64,000 nucleotides of DNA, taken from NCBI GenBank assembly GCA_964016885.1, contig OZ024740.1, positions 429,226,001-429,290,000 of the forward strand, in the 5' to 3' direction. Positions 14,701-31,471 of this stretch are shown here, in pieces. Positions within the stretch are counted from its first letter, which is position 1. Every line of letters begins with the position of its first letter. The notes beneath the pieces are model-generated. The model saw nothing but the letters and a program-made list of their open reading frames with translations. It was not told the DNA's origin and did not search any database. The position numbers and the translations under genes are program-made. Source of the DNA: Eledone cirrhosa. Lineage: Eukaryota.

Positions 14701-17700
14701 ACTAGACACCATGTACCGTTAGTAATCGGACACGAGCCTGCTTCCTGTCGACAGTGTTACATTGTAACTAGACACCATGTACCGTTAGTAATGGGACACC
14801 AGCCTGCTTCCTGTTGACAGTGTTACACTGTAACTAGACACCATGTACCGTTAGTAATGGGACACCAGCCTGCTTCCTGTTGACAGTGTTACACTGTAAC
14901 TAGACACCATGTACCGTTAGTAATCGGACACGAGCCTGCTTCCTGTCGACAGTGTTACATTGTAACTAGACACCATGTACCGTTAGTAATGGGACACCAG
15001 CCTGCTTCCTGTTGACAGTGTTACACTGTAACTAGACACCATGTACCGTTAGTAATCGGACACGAGCCTGCTTCCTGTCGACAGTGTTACATTGTAACTA
15101 GACACCATGTACCGTTAGTAATGGGACACCAGCCTGCTTCCTGTCGACAGTCTTACACTGTAACTAGACACCATGTACCGTTAGTAATGGGGTGAACCTG
15201 CTTCCTGTCGACAGTGTTACACTGTAACTAGACACCATGTACCGTTAGTAATGGGACACCAGCCTGCTTCCTGTCGACAGTCTTACACTGTAACTAGACA
15301 CCATGTACCGTTAGTAATGGGGTGAACCTGCTTCCTGTCGACAGTGTTACACTGTAACTAGACACCATGTACCGTTAGTAATGGGACACGAGCCTGCTTC
15401 CTGTCGACAGTGTTACACTGTAACTAGACACCATGTACCGTTAGTAATGGGACACCAGCCTGCTTCCTGTCGACAGTCTTACACTGTAACTAGACACCAT
15501 GTACCGTTAGTAATGGGGTGAACCTGCTTCCTGTCGACAGTGTTACACTGTAACTAGACACCATGTACCGTTAGTAATGGGACACCAGCCTGCTTCCTGT
15601 CGACAGTCTTACACTGTAACTAGACACCATGTACCGTTAGTAATGGGGTGAACCTGCTTCCTGTCGACAGTGTTACACTGTAACTAGACACCATGTACCG
15701 TTAGTAATGGGACACGAGCCTGCTTCCTGTCGACAGTGTTACACTGTAACTAGACACCATGTACCGTTAGTAATGGGACACCAGCCTGCTTCCTGTCGAC
15801 AGTCTTACACTGTAACTAGACACCATGTACCGTTAGTAATGGGGTGAACCTGCTTCCTGTCGACAGTGTTACACTGTAACTAGACACCATGTACCGTTAG
15901 TAATGGGGTGAACCTGCTTCCTGTCGACAGTGTTACACTGTAACTAGACACCATGTACCGTTAGTAATCGGACACGAGCCTGCTTCCTGTCGACAGTGTT
16001 ACACTGTAACTAGACACCATGTACCGTTAGTAATGGGACACGAGCCTGCTTCCTGTCGACAGTGTTACACTGTAACTAGACACCATGTACCGTTAGTAAT
16101 GGGACACCAGCCTGCTTCCTGTCGACAGTCTTACACTGTAACTAGACACCATGTACCGTTAGTAATGGGGTGAACCTGCTTCCTGTCGACAGTGTTACAC
16201 TGTAACTAGACACCATGTACCGTTAGTAATGGGGTGAACCTGCTTCCTGTCGACAGTGTTACACTGTAACTAGACACCATGTACCGTTAGTAATCGGCCA
16301 CGAGCCTGCTTCCTGTCGACAGTGTTACACTGTAACTAGACACCATGTACCGTTAGTAATGGGGTGAACCTGCTTCCTGTCGACAGTGTTACACTGTAAC
16401 TAGACACCATGTACCGTTAGTAATCGGACACGAGCCTGCTTCCTGTCGACAGTCTTACACTGTAACTAGACACCATGTACCGTTAGTAATGGGGTGAACC
16501 TGCTTCCTGTCGACAGTGTTACACTGTAACTAGACACCATGTACCGTTAGTAATGGGACACGAGCCTGCTTCCTGTCGACAGTGTTACACTGTAACAAGA
16601 CACCATGTACCGTTAGTAATGGGACACCAGCCTGCTTCCTGTCGACAGTCTTACACTGTAACTAGACACCATGTACCGTTAGTAATGGGGTGAACCTGCT
16701 TCCTGTCGACAGTGTTACACTGTAACTAGACACCATGTACCGTTAGTAATGGGACACCAGCCTGCTTCCTGTCGACAGTGTTACACTGTAACTAGACACA
16801 ATGCACCGTTAGTAATGGGACACCAGCCTGCTTCCTGTCGACAGTGTTACACTGTAACTAGACACAATGCACCGTTAGTAATGGGACACCAGCCTGCTTC
16901 CTGTCGACAGTGTTACACTGTAACTAAACACCATGTACCGTTAGTAATCGGACACGAGCCTGCTTCCTGTCGACAGTGTTACACTGTAACTAGACACCAT
17001 GTACCGTTAGTAATGGGACACCAGCCTGCTTCCTGTCGACAGTGTTACACTGTAACTAGACACCATGTACCGTTAGTAATGGGGTGAGCCTGCTTCCTGT
17101 TGACAGTTTTACACTGTAACTAAACACCATGTACCATTAGTAATGGGACACGACCCTGCTTCCTGTCGACAGTGTTACACTGTAACTAGACACCATGTAC
17201 CGTTAGTAATGGGACATCAGCCTGCTTCCTGTCGACAGTGTTACACTGTAACTAAACACCCACCATGTACCGTTAGTAATGGGGTGAGCCTGCTTCCTGT
17301 TGACAGTGTTACACTGTAACTAAACACCATGTACCATTAGTAATGGGACACGACCCTGCTTCCTGTCGACAGTGTTACACTGTAACTAGACACCATGTAC
17401 CGTTAGTAATGGGGTGAGCCTGCTTCCTGTCGACAGTGTTACACTGTAACTAGACACCATGTACTGTTAGTAATGGGGTGAGCCTGCTTCCTGTCGACAG
17501 TGTTACACTGTAACTAGGCACCATGTACCGTTAGTAATGGGACTCGACCCTGCTTCCTGTCGACAGTGTTACACTGTAACTAGACACCATGTACCGTTAG
17601 TAATGGGGTGAGCCTGCTACCTGTTGACAGTGTTACACTGTAACTAGACACAATGCACCGTTAGTAATGGGACACGACCCTGCTTGCTGTCGACAATGTT

Positions 17701-18297
17701 ACACTGTAACTAGACACCATGTACCGTTAGTAATGGGACATGAGCCTGCTTCCTGTTGACAGTGTTACACTGTAACTAGACACCATGTACCGTTAGTAAT
17801 GGGACACGAGCCTGCTTCCTGTCGACAGTGTTACACTGTAACTAGACACCATGTACCGTTAGTAATGGGACATGAGCCTGCTTCCTGTTGACAGTGTTAC
17901 ACTGTAACTAGACACCATGTACCGTTAGTAATGGGACACCAGTCTGCTTCCTGTCGACAGTGTTACACTGTAACTAGACACCATGTACCGTTAGTAATGG
18001 GACACCAGCCTGCTTCCTGTCGACAGTGTTACACTGTAACTAGACACCATGTACCGTTAGTAATGGGACACCAGCCTGCTTCCTGTCGACAGTGTTACAC
18101 TGTAACTAGACACCATGTACCGTTAGTAATGTGGCACGAGCCTGCTTCCTGTTGACAGTGTTACATTGTAACTAGTCACCTTGTACCGTTAGTAATGGGA
18201 CTCGACCCTGCTTCCTGTTGACAGTGTTACATTGTAACTAGACACCATGTACCGTTAGTAATGGGACACGAGCCTGCTTCCTGTTGACAGTGTGATA
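2785..18297. repeat. 66-bp satellite (64/65-bp variants), roughly 235 copies, with higher-order repeats
   Basis: Unit GACACCATGTACCGTTAGTAATGGGACACGACCCTGCTTCCTGTCGACAGTGTTACACTGTAACTA. All MGHDPASCRQCYTVTRHHVPLV ORFs are translations of this unit. Confidence 0.99.
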
Positions 18298-19364
18298 CTG
18301 TAGCTACTTCACCAAATGTTGTTTTCAGGTCTTTATATATCTCCGTTTAAAAATCTTGAATAAGTGTAGCAAAATGACTCCTTGTTACTAAACTAAATGA
18401 AATTACTTCTCTTGAGAAACACATTGGTTTCATTGTGTTATCCAAAGTAATTATGCTATTGTACTTGTAATTCTGTTTCACTCCATTTTCCACATCGTTT
18501 GACGGTTGATTCTTCATAGTTACATTACCTTCAATTTAGATTTCTTTTAACATTCTCCTCATCACATCTTTCATGTCTTCATAGAACAAACATGTTTCCA
18601 GCCTTCAACGAAATCTAATCAAAACACTCTTCACTTTTTTCTACTAATTAACTCACATCTCACACGTCTCATCACACTTTGAGAGAAATATTGATTTATC
18701 AGCATGGCACGAAGTCATAAATGTGTAGTAGGAACTGTCTTCGATTGGATCAGCTTAGGTCAAGTTCATACGTAGTACATGTTTTATAGATCATAGGTAA
18801 ATGAAAACTAGAATCAGACGAGATCAAAATTGTGGGTATTTAATTAGGGGAGGAAAGGCGATGCCCACAACATTTTTGGGGGAGATCTCGTGACTGGTAG
18901 GAAGAAGCGTGTAGGTTATTCTCAGAACGGAAATTCAAATGTTTGCAATACAGTAGATTCCGATAAAGTCACACGTGGACCATTAGCCCTTAATTACCTG
19001 TATCATGAAACAATAAGCACAGTCCATCTATATAACTTGGTTAATTCCATCTACTAAACTTCACTGGAAAAGCTTTCATCGTCTGGTGGTTATAATCCAT
19101 CCCGTGGTAGGATCGAACCCTAAACATGTGTAGTTGTGAAGTGAAAGTTGGCCAAACCTTTAAAATATGGAACTGAAATTATGTTATACAAATACCAACT
19201 TAAAGACAAACATGTGTTTAACTCTAGAAGATGGTTTAATGTAAAGTTGACTTCGGTAAGTTTTAAACTAAAAATCTAAAGGGATGAAATTGTATGTATA
19301 GACCTTTAACTCCCGAGAGAATGGTATGGGCACTGCATTGACACGCAGCTGCTGGGCCTTTTAT

Positions 19365-19615
19365 TTTAAGCCTGGTGGAGCCCATCTCCGCTCCAGCTCT
19401 GAATACAGCAGATTACTTCTAGAGAAGGAAAGAAAGTGAGAAAGAGATTTAGAGGGAAAAGTCGACCCCAGTACTTGACTGGTACTTTTTATCGACTTCG
19501 AATGAATAAAAGGTACCGTTGGTTTCGATGGGATTCGAGCACAGAGAGTAGAGGACTGGAAGGAATACCATATATCATTCTAGCCGACGTTCTAACGACT
19601 CTACCATCCTTCCAC
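19365..19615 (-). mobile_element. tRNA-derived SINE, family B, diverged
   Basis: Reverse complement of the 2375-2642 layout: tail CCTGGTGGAGCCCATCTC, GTCGACCCCAGTACTTGACTGGTAC, head TTCTAACGACTCTACCA. Confidence 0.7.
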
Positions 19616-19790
19616 ATCCTAAAGGGGTGAAATTACAGAAGATAATAGGTTTTATTTAAGGATCTGTTCTCACAGTCATTATCTCAACTCTGGTAAAATA
19701 TACTATTCTCATTTTCATTATGAAGGTAGCAAGTTTCGTGTAGAGAGAAAGGGGGTAAAGTTTGTTACGATGATGTCTTTTATAATGTAA

Positions 19791-20682
19791 CTAGCAGTAA
19801 AGCCCGGCGTTGCTCGGGGTCGCTCAGTAGCTGTGTTAAAGTTACAATGTTAAGTTTCTTTCTTGGCTTAAAAACTGTAGTGTCTACTGTGCAGACTTGC
19901 ATGTGGTGTTTTTGATTAATATTCCCTCAACCAACAATATGCCTTATGAAGTTAAGAAAACATAACGATAACCCGAATGTTATAACAAAAGAGGATGCTG
20001 GGGATAGAAACTGCACTGGTTATTTATTAACAAAGATCGAAAATGTAAACACTGCAACGCAGAGAAAAACATTAGCGTAACCAAATTATCAGTTATGTCT
20101 GTCTGCACGCCTATATCACCTCTCTGCACGACTGTCTGTCTGCACGCCTATATCACCTCTCTGCACGACTGTCTGTCTGCACGACTATATCACCTCTCTG
20201 CACGACTGTCTGTCTGCACGCCTGAAATATTTGCTTATTTTACGTAGTCTTTAAATAGACTTGTTTTCAAGTAAAAATATTGTTTTAAAATGCTTTTAAA
20301 TGGAAATGAAGCAAAACGGAAGCTTTGTGTTCGAACTGATGAATTTTGCAGGTCAATATTTTGCTGGCTCGACAACTGTTCGTGTATTGTGTTAATGTCA
20401 TTTTAAACGCTGAGAAAGCCAGCGTAATTTTTTACGTAAGACGCTCAATGTAAACAGAACAAAGGGAAATAACTGATAACTTACGCTCAAAAATCGATAC
20501 ATTATATTCGATTTCGTCACATAGGGTGGGTCAATTTGAAATATTTTTTTCCGATGTCTTCGCTAGGGCTCAATGTACAAGTATAGCAATTTCGGTGCAA
20601 TTCCGTGAGAGATTCTAAGAGGAGATGTGTGCCAAAAATCGATAGACAGACAGACAACCACAGTTTTATATATATAGATAGA
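19791..20682 (-). mobile_element. Non-autonomous Helitron, copy 1
   Basis: Minus strand reads A|TC...hairpin CCCG-AGCAACGC-CGGG, 8 nt, CTAG|T, the canonical Helitron ends. (CTGT)n near the 5' end and an internal 37-bp tandem repeat at 20100-20223. Confidence 0.8.
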
Positions 20683-20858
20683 TTAAAGCCAGTATATATA
20701 ATATATTAAAGCCAGTATATATAATATATTACAGCCAGTATATAATATATTACAGCCAGTATATATAATATATTACAGCCAGTATATAATAAATTACAGC
20801 CAGTATATATAATATATTACAGCCAGTATATAATATATTACAGCCAGTATATAATATA
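20683..20858. repeat. 21/23-bp AT-rich minisatellite between the two Helitrons, about 8 copies
   Basis: Unit TTACAGCCAGTATATAATATA repeated. Confidence 0.9.
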
Positions 20859-22199
20859 CTAGCAGTAAAGCCCGGCGTTGCTCGGGGTCGCTCAGTAGCT
20901 GTGTTAAAGTTACAATGTTAAGTTTCTTTTTTGGCTTAAAAACTGTAGTGTCTACTGTGCAGACTTGCATGTGGTGTTTTTGATTAATATTCCCTCAACC
21001 AACAATATGCCTTATGAAGTTAAGAAAACATAACGATAACCCGAATTAAAGTAAATTCAGCCTTATAAGACCGTAAAATTAATTTAAGTAGAAGGCCTAA
21101 CCGCCAACGCCATAGTGAAATCAACCAACTTATACTGAAAATAATCCAAACGTTTAATAGGGAAAGTTTGCTAACCGTCGTAATAAAAAAATAAATATCA
21201 ATAACTTACGAAGTAATGAACTCGCCGAACTTTTAAAGCGTTGTAGCATACAAAGGCAGTACAGTGCAAATGAAGCTATTAAACAAACTGGAGATTCCAA
21301 TTCACTCTACTAAAGATTTACTTAATCGTCTGCACATTCGCTAATCGTCTGCTCATTCCATAAAAGGGAAATAATCGCCTATATCACCTCTCTGCATGAC
21401 TGTCTGTCTGCACGCCTATATCACCTCTCTGGATGACTGTCTGTCTGCACGCCTATATCACCTCTCTGCACGACTATCTGTCTGCACGCGTATATCACCT
21501 CTCTGCACGACTGTCTGCCTGCACGACTGTCTGTCTGCATGCCTAACGAAATTTACAGATACATATATTTTAAATAAACTTATATAATTTTTGCTTTTTT
21601 TTACGAAATATTTGCTTGTTTTACGTAGTCTTTAAATAGACTTGTTTTCAAGTAAAAATATTGTTTTAAAAGGCTTTTAAATGGAAATGAAGCAAAACGG
21701 AAGCTTAGTGTTCGAACTGATGAATTTTGCAGGTCAAAATTTTGCTGGCTCGACAACTGTTCGTGTATTGTGTTAATGTCATTTTAAACGCTGAGAAAGC
21801 CAGCGTAATTTTTTTTATTTTTGCCAGCGTAATTTTTTTAATTTTTGCACGCAGAAAATGTAAACAGAACGTAAGACGCTACGCTGAATGTAAACAGAAC
21901 AAAGGGAAATCATTTTTTTAATTTTTGCACGCAGAAAATGTAAAGAGAACGTAAGACGCTACGCTGAATGTAAACAGAACAAAGGGAAATAACTGATCAC
22001 TTACGCTCAAAAATCGATACATTATATTCGATTTCGTCAGATAGGGCGGGTCAATTTGAAATATTTTTTTTCCGATGTCTTCGCTAGGGCTCAATGTACA
22101 AGTATAGCAATTTCGGTGCAATTCCGTGAGAGATTCTAAGAGGAGATGTGTGCCAAAAATCGATAGACAGACAGACAACCTCAGCTTTATATATAGAGA
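20859..22199 (-). mobile_element. Non-autonomous Helitron, copy 2
   Basis: Same termini as copy 1; the first ~185 bp are near identical. 37-bp repeat at 21378-21543 and an internal ~79-bp duplication at 21835-21990. Confidence 0.8.
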
Positions 22200-22569
22200 T
22201 TAGTAAGGCTAATAAAGTGGAATTGATTCAGTCAGTGATTACAAGCAAGTCACATTTTCAGAGGAAGTGTTAGCAGTGTGAAACTATATATGTCGGTAGC
22301 GAGAGCGTATATATTCATATATTTATTTATATATCTACGTAAAAAGTAAACAGAAATAAAAAAAAAAGCAGCCGATACAGTACAACGAAGAAATATCTTA
22401 GGTTAACGCTTGAATGGGTAACTTAATGCCACAGAAATTGGGATAAGTATGAGCCTGATAAACCTATGGACTTGAGAGAGACTTTAGACTTTTTGGGTAA
22501 TGTAAGGAAGCTACTGCATGGACGGTCAATCTGTTAGAAATAGCAATGAAATGTTCCTATTATTAAAAC

Positions 22570-27570
<5,001 letters not shown>

Positions 27571-27885
27571 AAAGACATATTTTTCATGAAGATTAAGAAG
27601 ACGAGATGTTATTGTCCCTTGTATCAAAATACAAAATTAAAAACAGCAATGGAGGAAAACTTGCAAGATCTATGACATCAGACAATTTCAGAGAAATATT
27701 AGACAGTATTCGTGTTCGAAAATAATTCTTCAAATTCATTCCAGTGATACAGATACTCCACTATATGGTAATGGCTCTTACAATATATATATCCAACCAT
27801 CTTCACATTATCACACGTTCGTGTACACGCACAAAACATTTGTATAGTTTTAAAATCACACACACATACACATATAGAAAAAGAA

Positions 27886-27944
<59 letters not shown>

Positions 27945-27947
<3 letters not shown>

Positions 27948-28976
27948 GGTGGCTGTCAACTCGTTTTCGAGTACGGCCACTACTTTATATCCATGTAGGA
28001 GAACCCCTACCGATGCGCTGAACGAGTGTGACATTTTAGTCCAGCCAGACTTGAAAACTCTGGTACAAACACTACACTCGTGATAATTATTGACACACAA
28101 CGCTGGGCCCATGGTACCATGTGACGACAAGTGCAGAGAGATCTCCAGATATAAAGCAATGCCTGTGCTGTGAAGCTTTTATAGTGAGCAAAGGCACTGC
28201 ACAAAGCCAGTCCCACTCTCTTAACCAAGATGATATTTACCAAAAATACATACATAAATACATACATACATGCAGACATACATACATAAATACATACATA
28301 CATGCATACATACATACATGCAGACATACATACATGCATAAATACATACATACATGCATACATGCATACATACATGGTGGCTGCCAACTCGTTTTCGAGT
28401 ACGGCCACTACCTTATATCCAATGTAGGAGAACCCTTACCGATGCACTGAACAAGTGTGACTTTTTAGTCCAGCCAGCGACTTGAAAACTCTGGTACAAA
28501 CACTACACTTGTGACAATTATTGACACATAGTGCTGGGCCCATGGTACCATGTGACGACAAGTGCAGAGAGATCTCCAGATATAAAGCAATGCCTGTGCC
28601 GTGAAGCTTTTATAGTGAGCAAAGGCACTGCACAAAGCCAGTCCCACTCTCTTAACCAAGATGATATTTACCAAAAAGAAGAACAAGTCAACATCATTGG
28701 ATACCATCAGGGTTGCAGGTGTTATATCAGAGTTTTCCTTCTCCTAGAATTCTGCCTTGACAAAGGCTAAGGGGTCATCTCTCCCGGTGATTTTGGATGG
28801 CTATTGACTCTTAATAGCTCCTTTGCCCTTTGACAGGTTTTGTTTTTAGTCCTGCAGGATGTCCAAAGTCACCCTCCTCACCAAGAAACCTTGGTGGGGT
28901 TGCCAGTTTAGTCGCCAACGACCCGACCATGAGACAGGTTGTACTGGGATACATGTTACCAGTAGCACCAACTGGC
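27945..28976 (-). mobile_element. Internally deleted non-autonomous RTE derivative with duplicated 3' part
   Basis: Minus strand: 5' segment homologous to 54066-54455, then a finger remnant HKCSVCTRVFKSLAGLKSHTCSVHR* and tail GTGGCCGTACTCGAAAACGAGTTGGCAGCCACCAT(GTAT)n. 28373-28678 is repeated at 27945-28245. Confidence 0.75.
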
Positions 28977-29110
28977 ATACATACATACATGCATGTAAAC
29001 ATACATACAAACATACACAGATACATATATACATACGTATACAAATACATGTGTATGCATATATACACTCATGTCTATATACATACACATATACATACAT
29101 ACATATACAG

Positions 29111-29141
<31 letters not shown>

Positions 29142-29390
29142 CACACACACACAGAACTGTACCACCAACACATAATCAGTATAACAAATAGAAACATCGA
29201 TCTATACTCACCTCACTCCCACGCACATATACACACATATACACACATATGCTCACATATGCTCACATATGCTCACATATACACACATATACACACATAT
29301 GCTCACATATGCTCACATATACATCACCCAGACGCAAACACGCAAACACTAACACACTGGCATTAAATCCACATATAAGTGTATATATAA

Positions 29391-29434
<44 letters not shown>

Positions 29435-29490
29435 TAATGTATGTATATGTGTGTATAGGAGTCTATTTATTTAAAAACAACAGAGGGCCT

Positions 29491-29546
<56 letters not shown>

Positions 29547-29564
29547 GTCCCAAGGCTCTGATAC

Positions 29565-29775
29565 CATCAACACTATACACAGAGCTGGCATATCTAAGAA
29601 CTGACTAACTGCCTGATGAGGTCATAGCCATTCAATGGCTATCATCGAAATATATATAGCAGTAAATAAAGGATTATAAGTTATATATTTCGATGATAGC
29701 CATTGAATGGCTATGACCTCATCAGGCAGTTAGTCAGTTCTTAGATATGCCAGCTCTGTGTTTATAGTGTTGATG
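29565..29775. repeat. Inverted repeat, ~92-bp arms and 25-bp spacer
   Basis: 29565-29656 is the near-perfect reverse complement of 29682-29775. Confidence 0.95.
29608..29663 (+). ncRNA. Type I hammerhead ribozyme motif (Penelope-like, minimal stem III)
   Basis: Stem I ACTGC/GCAGT, CTGATGA at 29613-29619, stem II GGTcATAGCCAT../ATGGCTATcATC, GAAA at 29647-29650, palindromic TATATA, cleavage triplet ATA ending at 29658. Confidence 0.8.
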
Positions 29776-29779
29776 TATG

Positions 29780-29900
29780 AAAGCGCGTGGCTGAGTGGTT
29801 AGAGGACTGGATTCAGAATCGTGAGGTTGTGAGTAACGCATCGCCATGGACCGGGTGATGCATTATGTCCTTGAGCAAGACACTTTATTTCACATTGTCC
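29780..29900 (+). mobile_element. tRNA-derived SINE 5' part with CORE-like segment
   Basis: GCGCGTGGCTGAGTGGTTAG A-box head followed by TGTCCTTGAGCAAGACACTTTATTTCAC. Confidence 0.65.
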
Positions 29901-29960
29901 CTTCTACCTGGAGTTGCGACCGATAGATAGTACTAGCAATTGGAAAGACCAATGGAAACA

Positions 29961-30032
<72 letters not shown>

Positions 30033-30086
30033 TGTATGAATGTATATATATATATATACAAATATATATATGTATATATATATATA

Positions 30087-30132
<46 letters not shown>

Positions 30133-30137
<5 letters not shown>

Positions 30138-30179
30138 AACGAGTAGGACCCCGACGGCTGAGCTCAAGCCGTTTCGAAA
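30133..30179 (-). mobile_element. Half copy of the fold-back element
   Basis: AGGAACGAGTAGGACCCCGACGGCTGAGCTCAAGCCGTTTCGAAA matches the left arm at 34074; follows (TA)n. Confidence 0.75.
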
Positions 30180-30217
30180 TTATTTATAAAATTATTTATA
30201 AAACTGTTTATATATTG

Positions 30218-30283
30218 TATTTTATCTGACGAAGGCATGCCATATTTTTAATATGGTATCCCTGAAATATGTATAATGAAATA
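30218..30283 (+). ncRNA. Type I hammerhead ribozyme motif
   Basis: Stem I TATTTTAT/ATGAAATA (one G.U), CTGACGA at 30226-30232, stem II AGGcATGCCATATT-ttt-AATATGGTATcCCT, GAAA at 30264-30267, TATGTA, triplet ATA ending at 30275. Confidence 0.72.
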
Positions 30284-30423
30284 AATATGGTTTTATAAAT
30301 ATAGTTTCCATTTGTTTAATATCGTATATATACTCCAAAAACTTGTCGAGTGCTTTATATCAGTTATAAAATATTTACTCGTTGTAACCCAACAATTTTA
30401 AATAAAACCTTTGCATGTATATA

Positions 30424-30463
<40 letters not shown>

Positions 30464-30756
30464 CTAAGAGAGGGTTGAGACCAAAAAGAAGAACAACAAC
30501 AATAACATCAACAACAACATCAACAAAATGAGGGAAAGAGAAAATGAGAGGGGAAGGGGATGGGGAGGGGGTATTGATGGCGCCCAAGAAAGGAAATGAG
30601 GTGGGCAATAGAGGGGGAGGGAGAGGTAGGAAAGAGAAGGTGGTTGGTGAGAGGAGGGGGAGAGAAGGGTGGTTATGTGAGAGAGAGAAATCTCGGTAGA
30701 TATATAAGACAGCATTACAAGCTTGATGTGATTGATGACAAACAACAAGAACCATT

Positions 30757-30796
<40 letters not shown>

Positions 30797-30810
30797 CATA
30801 TATATACGTA

Positions 30811-30904
<94 letters not shown>

Positions 30905-30906
30905 CA

Positions 30907-30999
<93 letters not shown>

Positions 31000-31059
31000 C
31001 TACATCTCTCTTTCCCTCTACATCTCCCCTTTCACTCTCTTATATATATATAGAGAGAG

Positions 31060-31111
<52 letters not shown>

Positions 31112-31153
31112 CTCTATCCCTCTCTAAATCTCTTTGTCTTTCTCTCTCTCTCA

Positions 31154-31185
<32 letters not shown>

Positions 31186-31415
31186 ATCTCTATATCTCTT
31201 CCTCTATCTCTCTTTATCTCTATCTCTATATCTCTGTCTCTCACATTCTCTCTCTATCTTTATCTCTATAGATCTCTATATCTCTCACAAACACACACAC
31301 TCACTCACGCACACACACAGACACACACAGACACACATACAGAACATACACACAAAGACATTCACTCACACTGACAAACATAAAAGCAGTATATATATAT
31401 ATATATATATATACA
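30757..31415. repeat. Alternating (CT)n/(AT)n/(CA)n microsatellites
   Basis: Read directly. Confidence 0.95.
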
Positions 31416-31428
31416 CACGCAGAGAAGA

Positions 31429-31471
31429 CAAGATGGCGGTATATAACTGGCGTTATCTGGCGGTGACGTCA
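31429..31471 (+). promoter_or_regulatory. Candidate regulatory island: YY1-type motif and palindromic CRE
   Basis: CAAGATGGCGG at 31429-31439 and TGACGTCA at 31464-31471, in a short CpG-containing unique stretch. Confidence 0.35.

Noticed and set aside
2934-18155. Cys/His-rich 22-aa repeat ORFs (CxxC..HH) resembling a zinc-finger or metal-binding protein
   Set aside because: These are translations of the 66-bp satellite; frequent 64/65-bp units and TGA variants break the frame every few units.
2785-18297. CRISPR-like array (palindromic repeat with variable segment)
   Set aside because: The variable part is only ~8 bp from a few recurring alleles; there are no unique spacers, no cas genes, and the context is eukaryotic.
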